Positions 49,264 through 59,062 of a stretch of 64,000 nucleotides of DNA are shown in pieces. Both the position numbers and the translations under genes were made by a program. The first letter of the stretch is position 1, and the number at the start of each line of letters is the position of its first letter. The stretch comes from Rhodothermales bacterium (GTDB lineage Bacteria; Bacteroidota; Rhodothermia; Rhodothermales; Bin80): positions 641,205 to 705,204 of the forward strand of contig CBDBLZ010000021.1 in assembly GCA_965207385.1 (NCBI GenBank), read 5' to 3'. The notes below the pieces were generated by a model that saw nothing but the letters and a program-made list of their open reading frames with translations, did not search any database and was not told the DNA's origin.

Positions 49264-50856
49264 CTAGCGCGCGGCGTACAGTTCGGCCAACCGTTCCGCT
49301 TCTTCCCGGAATGCAGCCTTGACTTCCTCGCTCAGCATGCCGGTATCCCGAATGCTCGCCAGGGCTTCCGGCTTGCGACTTCGGAGATTCTCCAGAAACT
49401 CGCGCTCGAACCTGCCCACGTCCGACACCTCAATGGTGTCCAGAAGGCCTTCGCTGCCCACCGATATGGCAGCGATTTGCTCTTCAACAGGCACCGGCGC
49501 GAATTGGCCCTGCTTGAGAATCTCAACCAGTCTCTGGCCGCGTCGGATCTGCCGCTGGGTTGCCGGATCGAGATCGGAGCCAAACTTTGCAAACGCCTCC
49601 AGGGCGCGGTATTGGGCCAGATCGAGTCGCAGCATGCCGGCGGCTTGCTTCATCGCCTTGATTTGTGCATTGCCCCCGACGCGGCTGACCGAAATCCCAA
49701 CATTGATGGCCGGTCGCACACCGGCATTGAACAGGTCCGGTTCGAGGTAGATTTGCCCATCCGTAATGGAGATGACATTGGTAGGGATATAGGCATCAAC
49801 AGCGCCGGCCTGCGTTTCAATCACCGGAAGTGCCGTCAGGGAGCCTCCTCCCTTTACCTTGCCCTGCAATGAAGGGGGCAAGTCGTTCATCTGACGGGCT
49901 ATATCCTCGTTCGATGAAATCTTGGCAGCTCGCTCCAGGAGCCGACTGTGCAGGTAAAAGACGTCTCCGGGATATGCCTCTCGGCCGGGAGGCCGGCGCA
50001 GCAAGAGAGACACCTGCCGATAGGCGACGGCCTGCTTGGAAAGGTCGTCGTAAAGCACAAGGGCGTGGCGCCCGGTGTCGCGGAAGTACTCGCCTATGCA
50101 TGCCCCGGCAAAGGGTGCTATAAACTGCAGCGGGGCGGCCGTTGAAGCAGGCGCATTGACGATCACGGTGTAATCCATTGCGCCATAATCCTCCAGGGCC
50201 TTGGCAACCTGAGCGACCGTTGAGGCCTTCTGGCCTATGGCCACGTAGATGCAGAAAACCGGCTCGTCCGTATCGTGCGTGCTTGCTTGGCTGATGATGG
50301 CGTCTATCAGGACTGCCGTCTTGCCGGTCTGGCGATCGCCGATGACGAGTTCGCGCTGACCCCGCCCGATGGGAATCATGGAGTCGATGGCCTTGATGCC
50401 GGTAAGAAGCGGCTGCGAGACGGGTTCCCGGTAAATGACTCCGGGGGCCTTGCGCTCAAGCGGCATTTCGCACGTTTCTCCCGTTAGCGGGCCCTTGCCA
50501 TCGAGGGGCTCGCCCAGAGGGTTTATCACCCGTCCGAGCATGGCTTCACTTACCTGGATGGACGCGATACGCCGCGTGCGCCGCGCCTCATCACCTTCCT
50601 TGACGGCCTGCACATTGCCAAATAGAACGGCACCGACATTGTCCTCTTCCAGGTTCAGGACCATCCCCGAGACATTCCGTTCGGGGAAATGGATCAATTC
50701 GCCGGCCTGCACATGGGACAGGCCGTAAAGCCGCGCAATACCGTCACCCACCTGCAGTACTGTGCCCACTTCGTAGACATCCGCTTCAGGATGGAATGCG
50801 CGCAATTCGCGTCTCAGGACCGAGGTAACTTCGTCGGGTTGGATAGCTGTTGACAT
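49264..50856 (-). CDS. atpA: F0F1 ATP synthase subunit alpha
   Basis: 530 aa. The P-loop is GDRQTGKT. Also [21 protein letters not shown]. Confidence 0.95.
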   Translation of the reverse strand: MSTAIQPDEVTSVLRRELRAFHPEADVYEVGTVLQVGDGIARLYGLSHVQAGELIHFPERNVSGMVLNLEEDNVGAVLFGNVQAVKEGDEARRTRRIASIQVSEAMLGRVINPLGEPLDGKGPLTGETCEMPLERKAPGVIYREPVSQPLLTGIKAIDSMIPIGRGQRELVIGDRQTGKTAVLIDAIISQASTHDTDEPVFCIYVAIGQKASTVAQVAKALEDYGAMDYTVIVNAPASTAAPLQFIAPFAGACIGEYFRDTGRHALVLYDDLSKQAVAYRQVSLLLRRPPGREAYPGDVFYLHSRLLERAAKISSNEDIARQMNDLPPSLQGKVKGGGSLTALPVIETQAGAVDAYIPTNVISITDGQIYLEPDLFNAGVRPAINVGISVSRVGGNAQIKAMKQAAGMLRLDLAQYRALEAFAKFGSDLDPATQRQIRRGQRLVEILKQGQFAPVPVEEQIAAISVGSEGLLDTIEVSDVGRFEREFLENLRSRKPEALASIRDTGMLSEEVKAAFREEAERLAELYAAR

Positions 50857-50863
50857 GGTCGCT

Positions 50864-51415
50864 CTAGTCTTGCAGTCCGGTTACCTGCGCCTGCGACATG
50901 CGGTTGCGCAGTCGTACCAGCTGGTGGCTCACGCTGCCATCGAATACTGTGTCGCCAATTCGTACCACCACGCCGCCCATCAGAGTGCTATCCGTCTGGA
51001 CCTCCAGGCGGATTCCGTGCCCCGTATGCTGCTCAAGGGCGGCAGTCAGGTCAGCCTTCTGGCGCTCGGACAAATCGAGGCACGAACGCACTTGCGCGGT
51101 CATTACGTCGGACTCGGCATCGCACAAGCTGGCATAGGCATGCGTCATGTCCGGCAGCTGGCTCTCTCGTCTTCGCTCAATTACCAGCCGAAGAAACTGC
51201 ATGGAAAGCGGGTGGAGCCGCTCGGCAAAAACAGCCCGGACAGCCGCAAGCTTGGCTTTACGTTCCAGGACAGGACTCCGCAGGCATGCCGCCAGTGCCG
51301 GTGACTGCTCCAGTGTTGACCCGATCAGGCGCATGTCGGTGCCAATGCGGGCCTCACCTGCAGCTTCCTCGTAGAGGGCTCTGGCATATCTCTTTACAAC
51401 GCTTTGCTCGCGCAT
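50864..51415 (-). CDS. atpH: F0F1 ATP synthase subunit delta (OSCP)
   Basis: 183 aa. N-terminus [13 protein letters not shown]. Called on its position between atpF and atpA and on the C-terminal [16 protein letters not shown]. Confidence 0.85.
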   Translation of the reverse strand: MREQSVVKRYARALYEEAAGEARIGTDMRLIGSTLEQSPALAACLRSPVLERKAKLAAVRAVFAERLHPLSMQFLRLVIERRRESQLPDMTHAYASLCDAESDVMTAQVRSCLDLSERQKADLTAALEQHTGHGIRLEVQTDSTLMGGVVVRIGDTVFDGSVSHQLVRLRNRMSQAQVTGLQD

Positions 51416-51430
51416 ACCGGATTCGCAGAA

Positions 51431-51940
51431 TCAATTGGAGCGAAGTTCGTCCAGAAAGGAATCCACGAGGCCGCGTTGCCGCGCCTTGTCGAGGTTGGTT
51501 CGAATGATACGCTCGGCCGCCTCTATGGCAAGGTTTGCCACTTCCTGTCGCAAGGCCTGAAGGGCCTGCTCTTTGCCGCGGCGGATATCATCCTGTGCTT
51601 GCGCGTGCAACTGACTTATTTCCTCCCGCGCGCGAAGCAGCTCATCGGCCTTCAGGCGTTCGACCTCCTCCCGCGTTGAGCGTAGCAGGCGCTGTGCCTC
51701 AAGCTCCGCTTCGCGGCGGATCCGCCTGTTATCCTCCTGTACCTTTCGACTCTCTTCCAGAGCCTTTTCCGCGCGGCTGATCGACTCGTCTATCTTCCTT
51801 TCGCGAGCCTCGAGAGCCTCTGTTATTGGTCCCCAGGCAAAGCGCCTAAGCAACCATAGCAGTATGAGAAAGACAACGGTCAGCCAGACTACGAGTCCCG
51901 GATTGGCGCTGAGCAGGCTTGCGGCGAAAAACACGGTCAC
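51431..51940 (-). CDS. atpF: F0F1 ATP synthase subunit B
   Basis: 169 aa with a single N-terminal TM helix followed by a long charged coiled coil (ITEALEARERKIDESI..). Confidence 0.85.
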   Translation of the reverse strand: MTVFFAASLLSANPGLVVWLTVVFLILLWLLRRFAWGPITEALEARERKIDESISRAEKALEESRKVQEDNRRIRREAELEAQRLLRSTREEVERLKADELLRAREEISQLHAQAQDDIRRGKEQALQALRQEVANLAIEAAERIIRTNLDKARQRGLVDSFLDELRSN

Positions 51941-51942
51941 GG

Positions 51943-52182
51943 TCAGGCCCCGCCGCTCTTGATTGTCAGGAGGAAGGTGATCACGAGGCCGAACAATGCC
52001 ACACCCTCGATCAGGGCGGCGGCAATGATCATGCTTTGCCGGATATCATCGGTAGCCTCAGGCTGCCGGGCCGTGCCTTCCATGGCCGGCCCTGCAAGTC
52101 GCCCGATTCCAATGCCTGTGCCGAGGGCGATCAGCCCGGCACCCAGGCCGGCTCCGAGCCATGCCAATGCAACGGATTCCAT
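51943..52182 (-). CDS. atpE: F0F1 ATP synthase subunit C
   Basis: 79 aa with a two-helix hairpin. Contains ARQPE in the loop and the proton-binding Glu in ALIEGVALF. Confidence 0.9.
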   Translation of the reverse strand: MESVALAWLGAGLGAGLIALGTGIGIGRLAGPAMEGTARQPEATDDIRQSMIIAAALIEGVALFGLVITFLLTIKSGGA

Positions 52183-52229
52183 AGTGATGGGGGGGTTTGA
52201 TGTTAGTGGACAGCGTGTGCGAAATAGCG

Positions 52230-53324
52230 CTAGGCGTGGGAGTGCTCCGGATGCGGATGCTCAGCGATAGCCATGCCGATAAACAGCGCCGAAAGAAACG
52301 TAAAGATGTAGGCCTGAATAAACGCGATCAGGATCTCCAGGAGATTCACAAATAGCGTAAACGCGATGCTTACGGGCGCAACTCCATAGCCTGCCAATGG
52401 GCCAAAGAGGTCCCCGAAGGTAAAAATCAGACCGATAAGGCTCAGGATTACCAAATGGCCCGCAGTCATGTTCGCAAACAGGCGGATGGCCAAGGCTATA
52501 GGCTTTGTGAACTGCCCCATGATCTCCGTGGGTATGAGCAAGAAACGGATAGGTACCGGGATGCCTGGCGGCCAGAAAATATGCCGCCAATGGTCTCGCG
52601 ACCCGTTAACCTGCGTCAGCACAAATGTGCACGTAGCAAGCACCGATGTCAGCATCAGATTTGATGTGGCGGTGGCGCCGAAAGGCACAAGCCCCAGGAG
52701 ATTGCAAGTCAGAATGAAGAAGAACACGGTCAGCAGGAAGGGCAAGAACGGCTTGTAGTCCTTCCCCAGCCCCGATTTGGCCACATTGTCCCGAATGAAG
52801 AGCACCAGGGTTTCGAACAGATTCTGGAACAAGCCGCGCGGTGCAGTCTCGCGCCCTATCCCTGCCTTGTAGATTTGCGCCAGATGCACAAACAGAAACA
52901 GGACGATAGACGCCCCCAGAATGGCGAATACGAGATGCTTCGTTACGGAGAAGTCTATGATAACTGCGCCCGAGGTTGCCAAAAGATGCGCATCCAGATG
53001 AGCGCCGGAGGCAATGAGATCTTCCGCGGCGTCGCCCAGGTGGCCAGCGGACTGGTCGTCCTGAGCGTGGCCATCGGCAGAAAAACTGCCGGACCGGAGC
53101 GCCGCTGCCGTGCTGAAATAGGCCTTCAGACCCAGTGAGCCATCTTCGCTTCGCACAAGGAAGATTCGCGGCAGTTCAAGCTTCGCGAACGGCTCAAAAT
53201 CGAGGTAGTAGGCATCGGCCGTATGGTGCAGTGGGTCGAACTCATCCTCGGCTGCGCCGGCGAGGCTGACGGGGAGCAGGACAGCGCAGAGAACGGCGAA
53301 CGACGCCTTATCCAGAATTCTCAT
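52230..53324 (-). CDS. atpB: F0F1 ATP synthase subunit A
   Basis: ORF 52230..53366 with a likely start MRILDK at 53324. The a-subunit signature reads LAIRLFANMTAGHLV. Confidence 0.85.
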   Translation of the reverse strand: MRILDKASFAVLCAVLLPVSLAGAAEDEFDPLHHTADAYYLDFEPFAKLELPRIFLVRSEDGSLGLKAYFSTAAALRSGSFSADGHAQDDQSAGHLGDAAEDLIASGAHLDAHLLATSGAVIIDFSVTKHLVFAILGASIVLFLFVHLAQIYKAGIGRETAPRGLFQNLFETLVLFIRDNVAKSGLGKDYKPFLPFLLTVFFFILTCNLLGLVPFGATATSNLMLTSVLATCTFVLTQVNGSRDHWRHIFWPPGIPVPIRFLLIPTEIMGQFTKPIALAIRLFANMTAGHLVILSLIGLIFTFGDLFGPLAGYGVAPVSIAFTLFVNLLEILIAFIQAYIFTFLSALFIGMAIAEHPHPEHSHA

Positions 53325-53622
53325 TCTTGCGAACTGCGAGCCATCGGATTTCCAATCCGATACCAATTACCAGGAACACCAGAAAGGCGCTCAGAAATGG
53401 TATCCTTTGCACGGGCAACAAGAGGACAATGGCGGCAATTGCCCCGAGGGCGACCACCATGCGTCCGAGCATGCCTCCAAACACTAAGATCATAAACACG
53501 CGCTGGTTCTGATGCAGCGCTGACTTGGTCACCAACATGCTTGAGGCTACGTAAAGAAGACCCAAGGCACATCCGGCGCCTACGCTCCCCCACCACGTTG
53601 CAAGTCCCATCATGCGGGCCAA
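53308..53622 (-). CDS. ATP synthase protein I-like small membrane protein
   Basis: 104 aa with 3-4 hydrophobic helices, located directly upstream of atpB. Confidence 0.5.
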   Translation of the reverse strand: MARMMGLATWWGSVGAGCALGLLYVASSMLVTKSALHQNQRVFMILVFGGMLGRMVVALGAIAAIVLLLPVQRIPFLSAFLVFLVIGIGLEIRWLAVRKNENSG

Positions 53623-53702
53623 TCAAACACGCCAGCGCCAATCGGGAGCCGGCCCGGCCGACAATCAGGGGTGAATTCTATGTGAATGAAGCCGGGACGG
53701 GA

Positions 53703-53939
53703 CTACTTGCGGTCAGAGCGAAACACTCCTGCGACATACAGCAGACGCACGAGAACAAAGACGATGCCGGAGAATGCTCCGCTTACCAGCATCCAAGGCT
53801 CCGTTCCCAGCCTACGATCTGCCAATAACCCGGCTGCGACACAGATTATCATGGTCATGGCCACCTGAATGCCAAGACTGACGTGCCGCGAGGCCGCCAA
53901 CGAGATTACACGTCCTTTTCTGGAACTGCGTTGATGCAC
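53703..53939 (-). CDS. AtpZ/AtpI family protein (putative F0F1-ATPase accessory subunit)
   Basis: 78 aa with two TM helices. GIQVAMTMIICVAAGLLADRRLGTEPW is typical of AtpZ (PF09527-like). Confidence 0.65.
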   Translation of the reverse strand: MHQRSSRKGRVISLAASRHVSLGIQVAMTMIICVAAGLLADRRLGTEPWMLVSGAFSGIVFVLVRLLYVAGVFRSDRK

Positions 53940-53945
53940 CGAGGG

Positions 53946-54440
53946 CTACGAAGCTGCAGCCCTGGATACGTCATGGCGCAGCATGTCCAATTGCGCCACG
54001 GTTCCGCTTTCGTTGGATTCGGCCTCCCTCTTGACGATCTGGCCGCTGTGTCCCATTTGACACTCTCCATTGAACGTGGCCCCTTCTTCCACGATGAGCC
54101 TCGAAGACTTGATGGTCCCCTCGACAACAGCCGAGCTGGACAGAAACACCCGCTCTGAAACGATCAGGTTTCCTTCCACACGCCCGGCAATCTTGGCATG
54201 ATCGCTCTGAACTTCACCGTCGATGCTCCCCTCGCTGGCCACGATACAGCAACCCTTGATCCGCAGCTGACCACTCACACGGCCCGAAACTCGAATATCC
54301 GATTCCGCAGAAATGATGCCTTCGATCTGCGTGCCCTCGGCTATAATGTTCACTTTCGGGGATGCGGTTGCCGAAGTATGTCTTTCAGCCATGGGATCCG
54401 CATCTGCGCTGTTTCCAAAGAGGGCCATCGGAGTGCTCAT
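53946..54440 (-). CDS. bactofilin (polymer-forming cytoskeletal protein)
   Basis: 164 aa with repetitive beta-helix turns: IEGIISAESDIRVSGRVSGQLRIKG..IDGEVQSDHAKIAGRVEGNLIVSERVFL..VEGTIKSSRLIVEEGATFNG. Confidence 0.8.
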   Translation of the reverse strand: MSTPMALFGNSADADPMAERHTSATASPKVNIIAEGTQIEGIISAESDIRVSGRVSGQLRIKGCCIVASEGSIDGEVQSDHAKIAGRVEGNLIVSERVFLSSSAVVEGTIKSSRLIVEEGATFNGECQMGHSGQIVKREAESNESGTVAQLDMLRHDVSRAAAS

Positions 54441-54557
54441 CAGGTTTGTAAGTGTGTACGCCGCAAAATGGGGAGTGTTGCTGGGCTACCCTGCCACGGA
54501 TTGGAAGGTTCTCTGGCGTAGCGTATCCGGAATGTAGAGCGTACTTGCGACAATTTC

Positions 54558-55034
54558 CTACAAGTCCAGCAGGTAAAGGCTCGGATCTTGCGCAAGGCCG
54601 TTGTTCCAGATCTCCAGATGCAGGTGCGGGCCGGAAGAATACTCTCCCGTATCGCCGCTCGTGGCAATCGCTTCCCTTTGTCTGACCCGATCTCCTACAC
54701 GCTTTAGCAGCCGCTGGTTGTGCTTGTAGACCGACACGAAGCCATCCGCGTGCTGGACGGCGATTTCATAACCACCAGTCTGGCTCCAGTCCGCAAACAC
54801 TACATAGCCGTCTCCGATCGCGCGCACCGGCGTCCCCAGGCTTGTTGCAATGTCAATGCCGAAGTGTCCGGCTCGAGCGTCGAATCCCCGCGCCAGAAAG
54901 CCGCTCACCGGTGCCAGCGTTGGAAATTCAAGGCTGGTAAGGTATTGTCGGCTATCCGGCACCAGGAGGTCGGGAGATTCGGTCGCGGCGGGCATCTGCG
55001 ATACGGTCAGGCCGGCTGCTCGTGGTCCGGCCAA
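54558..55034 (-). CDS. M23/LytM peptidase catalytic domain (C-terminal half of a split gene)
   Basis: Motifs: GHFGIDIATSLGTPVRAIGDGYVVFADW, AVQHADGFVSVYKHN and SGPHLHLEIW (the HxxxD and HxH zinc ligands). The first ATG is at 54995, and a TTG at 55034 overlaps the upstream ORF. Confidence 0.75.
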   Translation of the reverse strand: MAGPRAAGLTVSQMPAATESPDLLVPDSRQYLTSLEFPTLAPVSGFLARGFDARAGHFGIDIATSLGTPVRAIGDGYVVFADWSQTGGYEIAVQHADGFVSVYKHNQRLLKRVGDRVRQREAIATSGDTGEYSSGPHLHLEIWNNGLAQDPSLYLLDL

Positions 55035-55546
55035 TTCTCGGATACCGAAACGGCGAAATTCTGGTCAAAGCCGGTGTCAGGCGCCTGCGGGCCATCGGCC
55101 TCGGGTTGCTGCGCCTGCTGCTCGCCGGTAAGCAGCACGCGCAGCTGTGCCAAGTATTGCTCTTGCACGGCGAGGGAATCTTCGAGAGCCGACAGCCTCA
55201 TTTCCGTTAGCGCAGCCATGCGCCGTGCATCCGATGTATAGCGCCCCGGCACCAACGCTCTCATCGGCGTATATGCCAGGAGAACGAATACGATGGCAAA
55301 GTACAGGACAAGGAATATTCCCAGTGCGACGCGCACATGATTGGGCTGGACCTGGTATAGCCGGGACTGGGCGGTCGGATCATCGTCCACGACAATGATT
55401 GTGCGCGCGGATTCCGTACGGTCCACAAGGTCGCGGGCAAATTGCCAGTTGTGGACCAAAAGCCTGATAATGGAGCCGAACACGTGTTGGTGGTTCAAGG
55501 TTGTCGCGCAGACCTGGCGCCTGGAGTGGCAGCCTGGGCCACCCAC
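55007..55546 (-). CDS. N-terminal TM + coiled-coil part of the M23 peptidase (split gene)
   Basis: TM segment VALGIFLVLYFAIVFVLLAY followed by TPMRALVPGRYTSD and coiled coil LSALEDSLAVQEQYLAQLRVLL. This matches the N-terminal architecture of single-chain Bacteroidota M23 peptidases. It stops at 55007 in a different frame from the LytM domain. Confidence 0.65.
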   Translation of the reverse strand: MGGPGCHSRRQVCATTLNHQHVFGSIIRLLVHNWQFARDLVDRTESARTIIVVDDDPTAQSRLYQVQPNHVRVALGIFLVLYFAIVFVLLAYTPMRALVPGRYTSDARRMAALTEMRLSALEDSLAVQEQYLAQLRVLLTGEQQAQQPEADGPQAPDTGFDQNFAVSVSENWPDHEQPA

Positions 55547-55571
55547 GGAGGGTCGACGCCAGTCCGTGTGC

Positions 55572-55850
55572 CTAGCAGAATTTAATGGCCCTGACGCTCT
55601 CCGATCCGAGCTCGCTGTTTAGCCGACATAGCCATTCGCTGCGGCGCATGTGCAACTCCTGGCGCCAGATTGCAGATGAAAGCCGCACGTGAAGCGTACC
55701 GCGCTTGACCCAGGTTTGGTCCGTCACACTGTTGATGCTGGCCCCTGCAATAGCAGACCACGCGTTGACTATGCGGACTTCCTCGATTCCCTTGCGCAAT
55801 CCGAGGTGATCGATCGCTGCGCGGATCGCGGTGCCAATGTGTTGCGCCAT
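55572..55850 (-). CDS. DUF721 (DciA-like) protein
   Basis: 92 aa. Contains IVNAWSAIAGASINSVTDQTWVKRGTLHVRLSSAIWRQEL, typical of DUF721. Confidence 0.6.
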   Translation of the reverse strand: MAQHIGTAIRAAIDHLGLRKGIEEVRIVNAWSAIAGASINSVTDQTWVKRGTLHVRLSSAIWRQELHMRRSEWLCRLNSELGSESVRAIKFC

Positions 55851-55951
55851 ACTCTATGTCCGGGTCATCAATTGCAAACCCAATTTCGTTAAGATTCTGG
55901 CGCGCATCAACCTGTCCAAACCGCCCCCAGGCTTGGGCGTTCACGAACCCC

Positions 55952-56947
55952 ATGGGTAGTACGGTACAGGCTCCTTGCGGGCGCTACGCTCCATCACCTA
56001 CCGGTCCATTGCATGTCGGCGGGGCGAGGACTGCGCTTGCAGCGTGGTTGTCTGTACGTGCAGCGGGAGGCACCTTCCTCTTGCGGATGGAAGACCTGGA
56101 CAGCCTCCGAACGGTTCCGGGAATGGCTGAAGACATCTTGGAGGACCTTGCGTGGCTGGGTATCGACTGGGACGCTGGTCCTGATACGGACGCGTCCTTC
56201 GTTCAGTCCCGGCGAGCAAGGATGTATGAGGAAGCCCTTTCGTCCTTGTGGGCACAAGGCAGACTCTTTCCCTGCACACATTCTCGCAAGGACTTGCGCC
56301 GCCTGGCGACGGCTCCCCACGGAAGCCCGCTCAGTCCACCATATCCGGCCGCACTGCGTCCGCGGCGACTTGCGCCCGACTGGTTCAGGCATTACCAGGA
56401 CGGCCAGACATCCCTTCGATTCAAGGTGTCCAGCAATCCTGTCATGTTTGTGGACCGCGTGCACGGCACGGTGTGCGAATACGTCTCGGAGTCTGTGGGA
56501 GACTTTGTCGTCAAGCGGCGTGACGGCGTATACGCCTATCAACTGGCAGTCGTGGTCGATGACCTTAAGATGGGAATTACCGAAGTGGTGCGAGGCCACG
56601 ATCTCATCACTTCGACGGCCCGGCAGATCCAGCTCATCAAGGCGCTAGGCAGCGCACAACCCGCCTATGCCCACGTCCCACTGGTCGTGGCGCCTGACGG
56701 CACTAAGCTCTCCAAGCGGCACGGCAGCCTTGCCATACGGGCGCTGCGTGCGGAAGGTGTGCGCGCCGGTGACTTGGTCGGCTATCTGGCGTATTCACTA
56801 GGGCTGCGCGCTGAGCCATCGTTCTGTCGTACAGCTGATCTGGTGGCCGAGTTTTCCTGGCAGCGCGTGCGCAAGGACCCCTGGGTGCTTCCAGACGGTA
56901 CTTTCGCCCGGGAGGGTGTCACGCGGCACCGTGTTACTTCGGCGTGA
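55952..56947 (+). CDS. gluQ: glutamyl-Q tRNA(Asp) synthetase
   Basis: ORF 55856..56947 with a likely start MGSTVQAPCGRYAPSPTGPLHVGGARTAL (HIGH-type motif). Also LLRMEDLD and KLSKRHGS. It is a truncated GluRS-like protein with no anticodon-binding domain. Confidence 0.8.
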   Translation: MGSTVQAPCGRYAPSPTGPLHVGGARTALAAWLSVRAAGGTFLLRMEDLDSLRTVPGMAEDILEDLAWLGIDWDAGPDTDASFVQSRRARMYEEALSSLWAQGRLFPCTHSRKDLRRLATAPHGSPLSPPYPAALRPRRLAPDWFRHYQDGQTSLRFKVSSNPVMFVDRVHGTVCEYVSESVGDFVVKRRDGVYAYQLAVVVDDLKMGITEVVRGHDLITSTARQIQLIKALGSAQPAYAHVPLVVAPDGTKLSKRHGSLAIRALRAEGVRAGDLVGYLAYSLGLRAEPSFCRTADLVAEFSWQRVRKDPWVLPDGTFAREGVTRHRVTSA

Positions 56948-56979
56948 GCGGTCGCGACATTCGGATGAGAGGCACTTGA

Positions 56980-58371
56980 ATGGATATTCGACTGGTCAGC
57001 ATATTTGCAGCAGGGCTCCTGTTGCCGACCGCAAGCGAGCTGGCAGCTCAGGATACCCTCCATGTGGGGCTTCGGGATGTCATCGAGAAGGCACTTGGAG
57101 CCAGTCCGGAGGTAGGCAGCCTGCGGGCGGACCATGGCTTCGCTGAGGCGCGTAGCGAGCTGGCGCGGGCCGGACGTTTCCTGACGGAGTTCAGCAGCAG
57201 CAGCGCTCTTTCCCTTGCGCCCGGCGTGAGCAACCCCAACGGCGTAGATCCCCAGGCCCTTTATCTGGATCCAGCGGTGCGCAACGACTTTTCCAGCTTC
57301 GCACCGTTTGCATATGCAGATGTAAGCCTCGTGCAGCCGCTGTACACGTGGGGACGCTTGGGTGCGAGTCTCAATGCCGCGGCCCACGGAGCCGATGTGG
57401 CGGCGGCTGCGGTAGCCGCAAAGGAGCGCGAAGTAGCGCTGCGCGCTGCCGAACTCTATTTCAACGTGCTTCTGGCAGAAGACTTCGTGCGGCTGACCGG
57501 CCGGGCGGGAGATGTCGTCGAGCAGGCGAAAAGCGAGATCGCCCGGCTGCTGGAAGAAGGAAGTCCGGATGTTGACGAGGCCGAGCGCTACCAGGTTCTG
57601 ATAACGGAGCAGGAATTCGGTCGCCGGGTAGCAGAAGTGGCCGAGCAGCGCCAGGTTGCGTATGCCGGGCTTCGACGCCAGCTAATGCTGCAAGACTGGA
57701 TGACGCTGGTCCCCGCAGACAATGCCCTGGAGCCACTGACATTTGAATTGGACGATCTGAGCTCGTATCTGGCGGCGGCACTCGAGCGGCCGGTGGTGCA
57801 ACAGGCTCGCGCCGGTCAGGCAGCCCGCAATGCACTGGTGCGCGCGGCACGGGCAGACTATTTCCCCCAGGTGGTGCTGGTTGCCTCGGCCAGCATTAGC
57901 GGAGCGGCCGGCCGATACCGTCAGCCCAATCCGTATGTGAGCGACGGGTTTCGAGCTGCGCGTGCACGCACAGGAGTCGGCATCCGGCAGAAGCTGAACT
58001 TCGCCCAGACCCGGGCAAAGGTTGCCCAGGCTCGCGCTGAACTGGAGGCAGTCGATTACAGGCTCCAGGCGGCGGAACAGTTCGTATTGTTTGAAACTGA
58101 AGCGGCGTGGCGCGAGGTTCGAGTCAAGCAGGCCGCGCTGGTGGCCCAGGACTCTTCCTTGGCCATTACCAAGGAGTGGCTTCGCGTGGAATACATCAAT
58201 TTCGACCTGGAACTAGGCGACACGGAGAATCTGGTCAAGGCCGTTAGGGCAAACCTGGAGCTTGAAGCCCGTTACCTGGAAGCCGTACGCGATTACAACA
58301 TGGCTGTGTTCAGGCTACTGGCTGCTGCCGGGCTGCTGCGAACCGGAGGCGCCGCAATCCTGTTTGAATAG
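56980..58371 (+). CDS. TolC family outer-membrane efflux protein
   Basis: 463 aa with a signal peptide. It shows the two-repeat OEP pattern with long helical segments. The call is by sequence feel and length. Confidence 0.7.
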   Translation: MDIRLVSIFAAGLLLPTASELAAQDTLHVGLRDVIEKALGASPEVGSLRADHGFAEARSELARAGRFLTEFSSSSALSLAPGVSNPNGVDPQALYLDPAVRNDFSSFAPFAYADVSLVQPLYTWGRLGASLNAAAHGADVAAAAVAAKEREVALRAAELYFNVLLAEDFVRLTGRAGDVVEQAKSEIARLLEEGSPDVDEAERYQVLITEQEFGRRVAEVAEQRQVAYAGLRRQLMLQDWMTLVPADNALEPLTFELDDLSSYLAAALERPVVQQARAGQAARNALVRAARADYFPQVVLVASASISGAAGRYRQPNPYVSDGFRAARARTGVGIRQKLNFAQTRAKVAQARAELEAVDYRLQAAEQFVLFETEAAWREVRVKQAALVAQDSSLAITKEWLRVEYINFDLELGDTENLVKAVRANLELEARYLEAVRDYNMAVFRLLAAAGLLRTGGAAILFE

Positions 58372-58391
58372 TCTACATGCACTAGGAAAGA

Positions 58392-59000
58392 ATGAAGTTT
58401 CCCTGTGGCCGACTGGCATTGGTCTGTGCGGCGTGTTCCATATTCACGGCCTCGGCGATGGCGCAGGGCTCTGCCAGCGAGGTTCGGCAATTCCTTGAGC
58501 AGCGAGACCTGCAGATCAAGGCCGCGATAGAATCGCTTGAGACCGAGGACTCAAGCGAAAGCCGCGAGCGTGCAGCCAAACTCATAAACGAGCGCATCGA
58601 CTTTGCTGAAATGGGCCGGCTGGCTCTGGGCCCACATTTCGTAGACCTGTCAGCAGCGGACCAGGAACGCTTTGTTTCGACTTTTGCGGCGATTGTGAGA
58701 TCGCAGGCCCTTTCAGATCTCAGCGTCTACCGTGCGAGCGTGACGTTCGATTCTGTGCGTGTAACGGGACCGACGGCCTTTGTGCGAACCCGTGCAAATG
58801 TGTCCGGGACGACGCTTGAAGTCGACTATTTGCTTCACCGCCAGGAGGATGACTGGTGGCTGTACGATATAGTTATCGACGGCGTAGGAACGGTCGACGG
58901 CTATTCCGTCTCCTTCCGGAGTTATATCCGCAAGCGCGGCTTCGAACGGTTCATGCAGAGCCTTGAGAACCGGTTGAGCAGACTGGGCCAGCAGCCCTAG
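58392..59000 (+). CDS. MlaC/Ttg2D-like phospholipid-binding periplasmic protein
   Basis: 202 aa with a signal peptide. Motifs: INERIDFAEMGRLALGPHF, FVSTFAAIV and WWLYDIVIDGV. Confidence 0.7.
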   Translation: MKFPCGRLALVCAACSIFTASAMAQGSASEVRQFLEQRDLQIKAAIESLETEDSSESRERAAKLINERIDFAEMGRLALGPHFVDLSAADQERFVSTFAAIVRSQALSDLSVYRASVTFDSVRVTGPTAFVRTRANVSGTTLEVDYLLHRQEDDWWLYDIVIDGVGTVDGYSVSFRSYIRKRGFERFMQSLENRLSRLGQQP

Positions 59001-59062
59001 CGCAAGGGCGCCCCAGCGTAGGGGGGTGTATCTTTCTCGCGTTGCTTTCAGCCCACTAGCAC

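Noticed and set aside
48347-53366. ATP synthase operon lacks atpD (beta) and atpC (epsilon) after atpG.
   Set aside because: Separating atpDC from atpBEFHAG is, to my knowledge, the normal arrangement in Bacteroidota/Chlorobiota-type genomes. It is not evidence of deletion.
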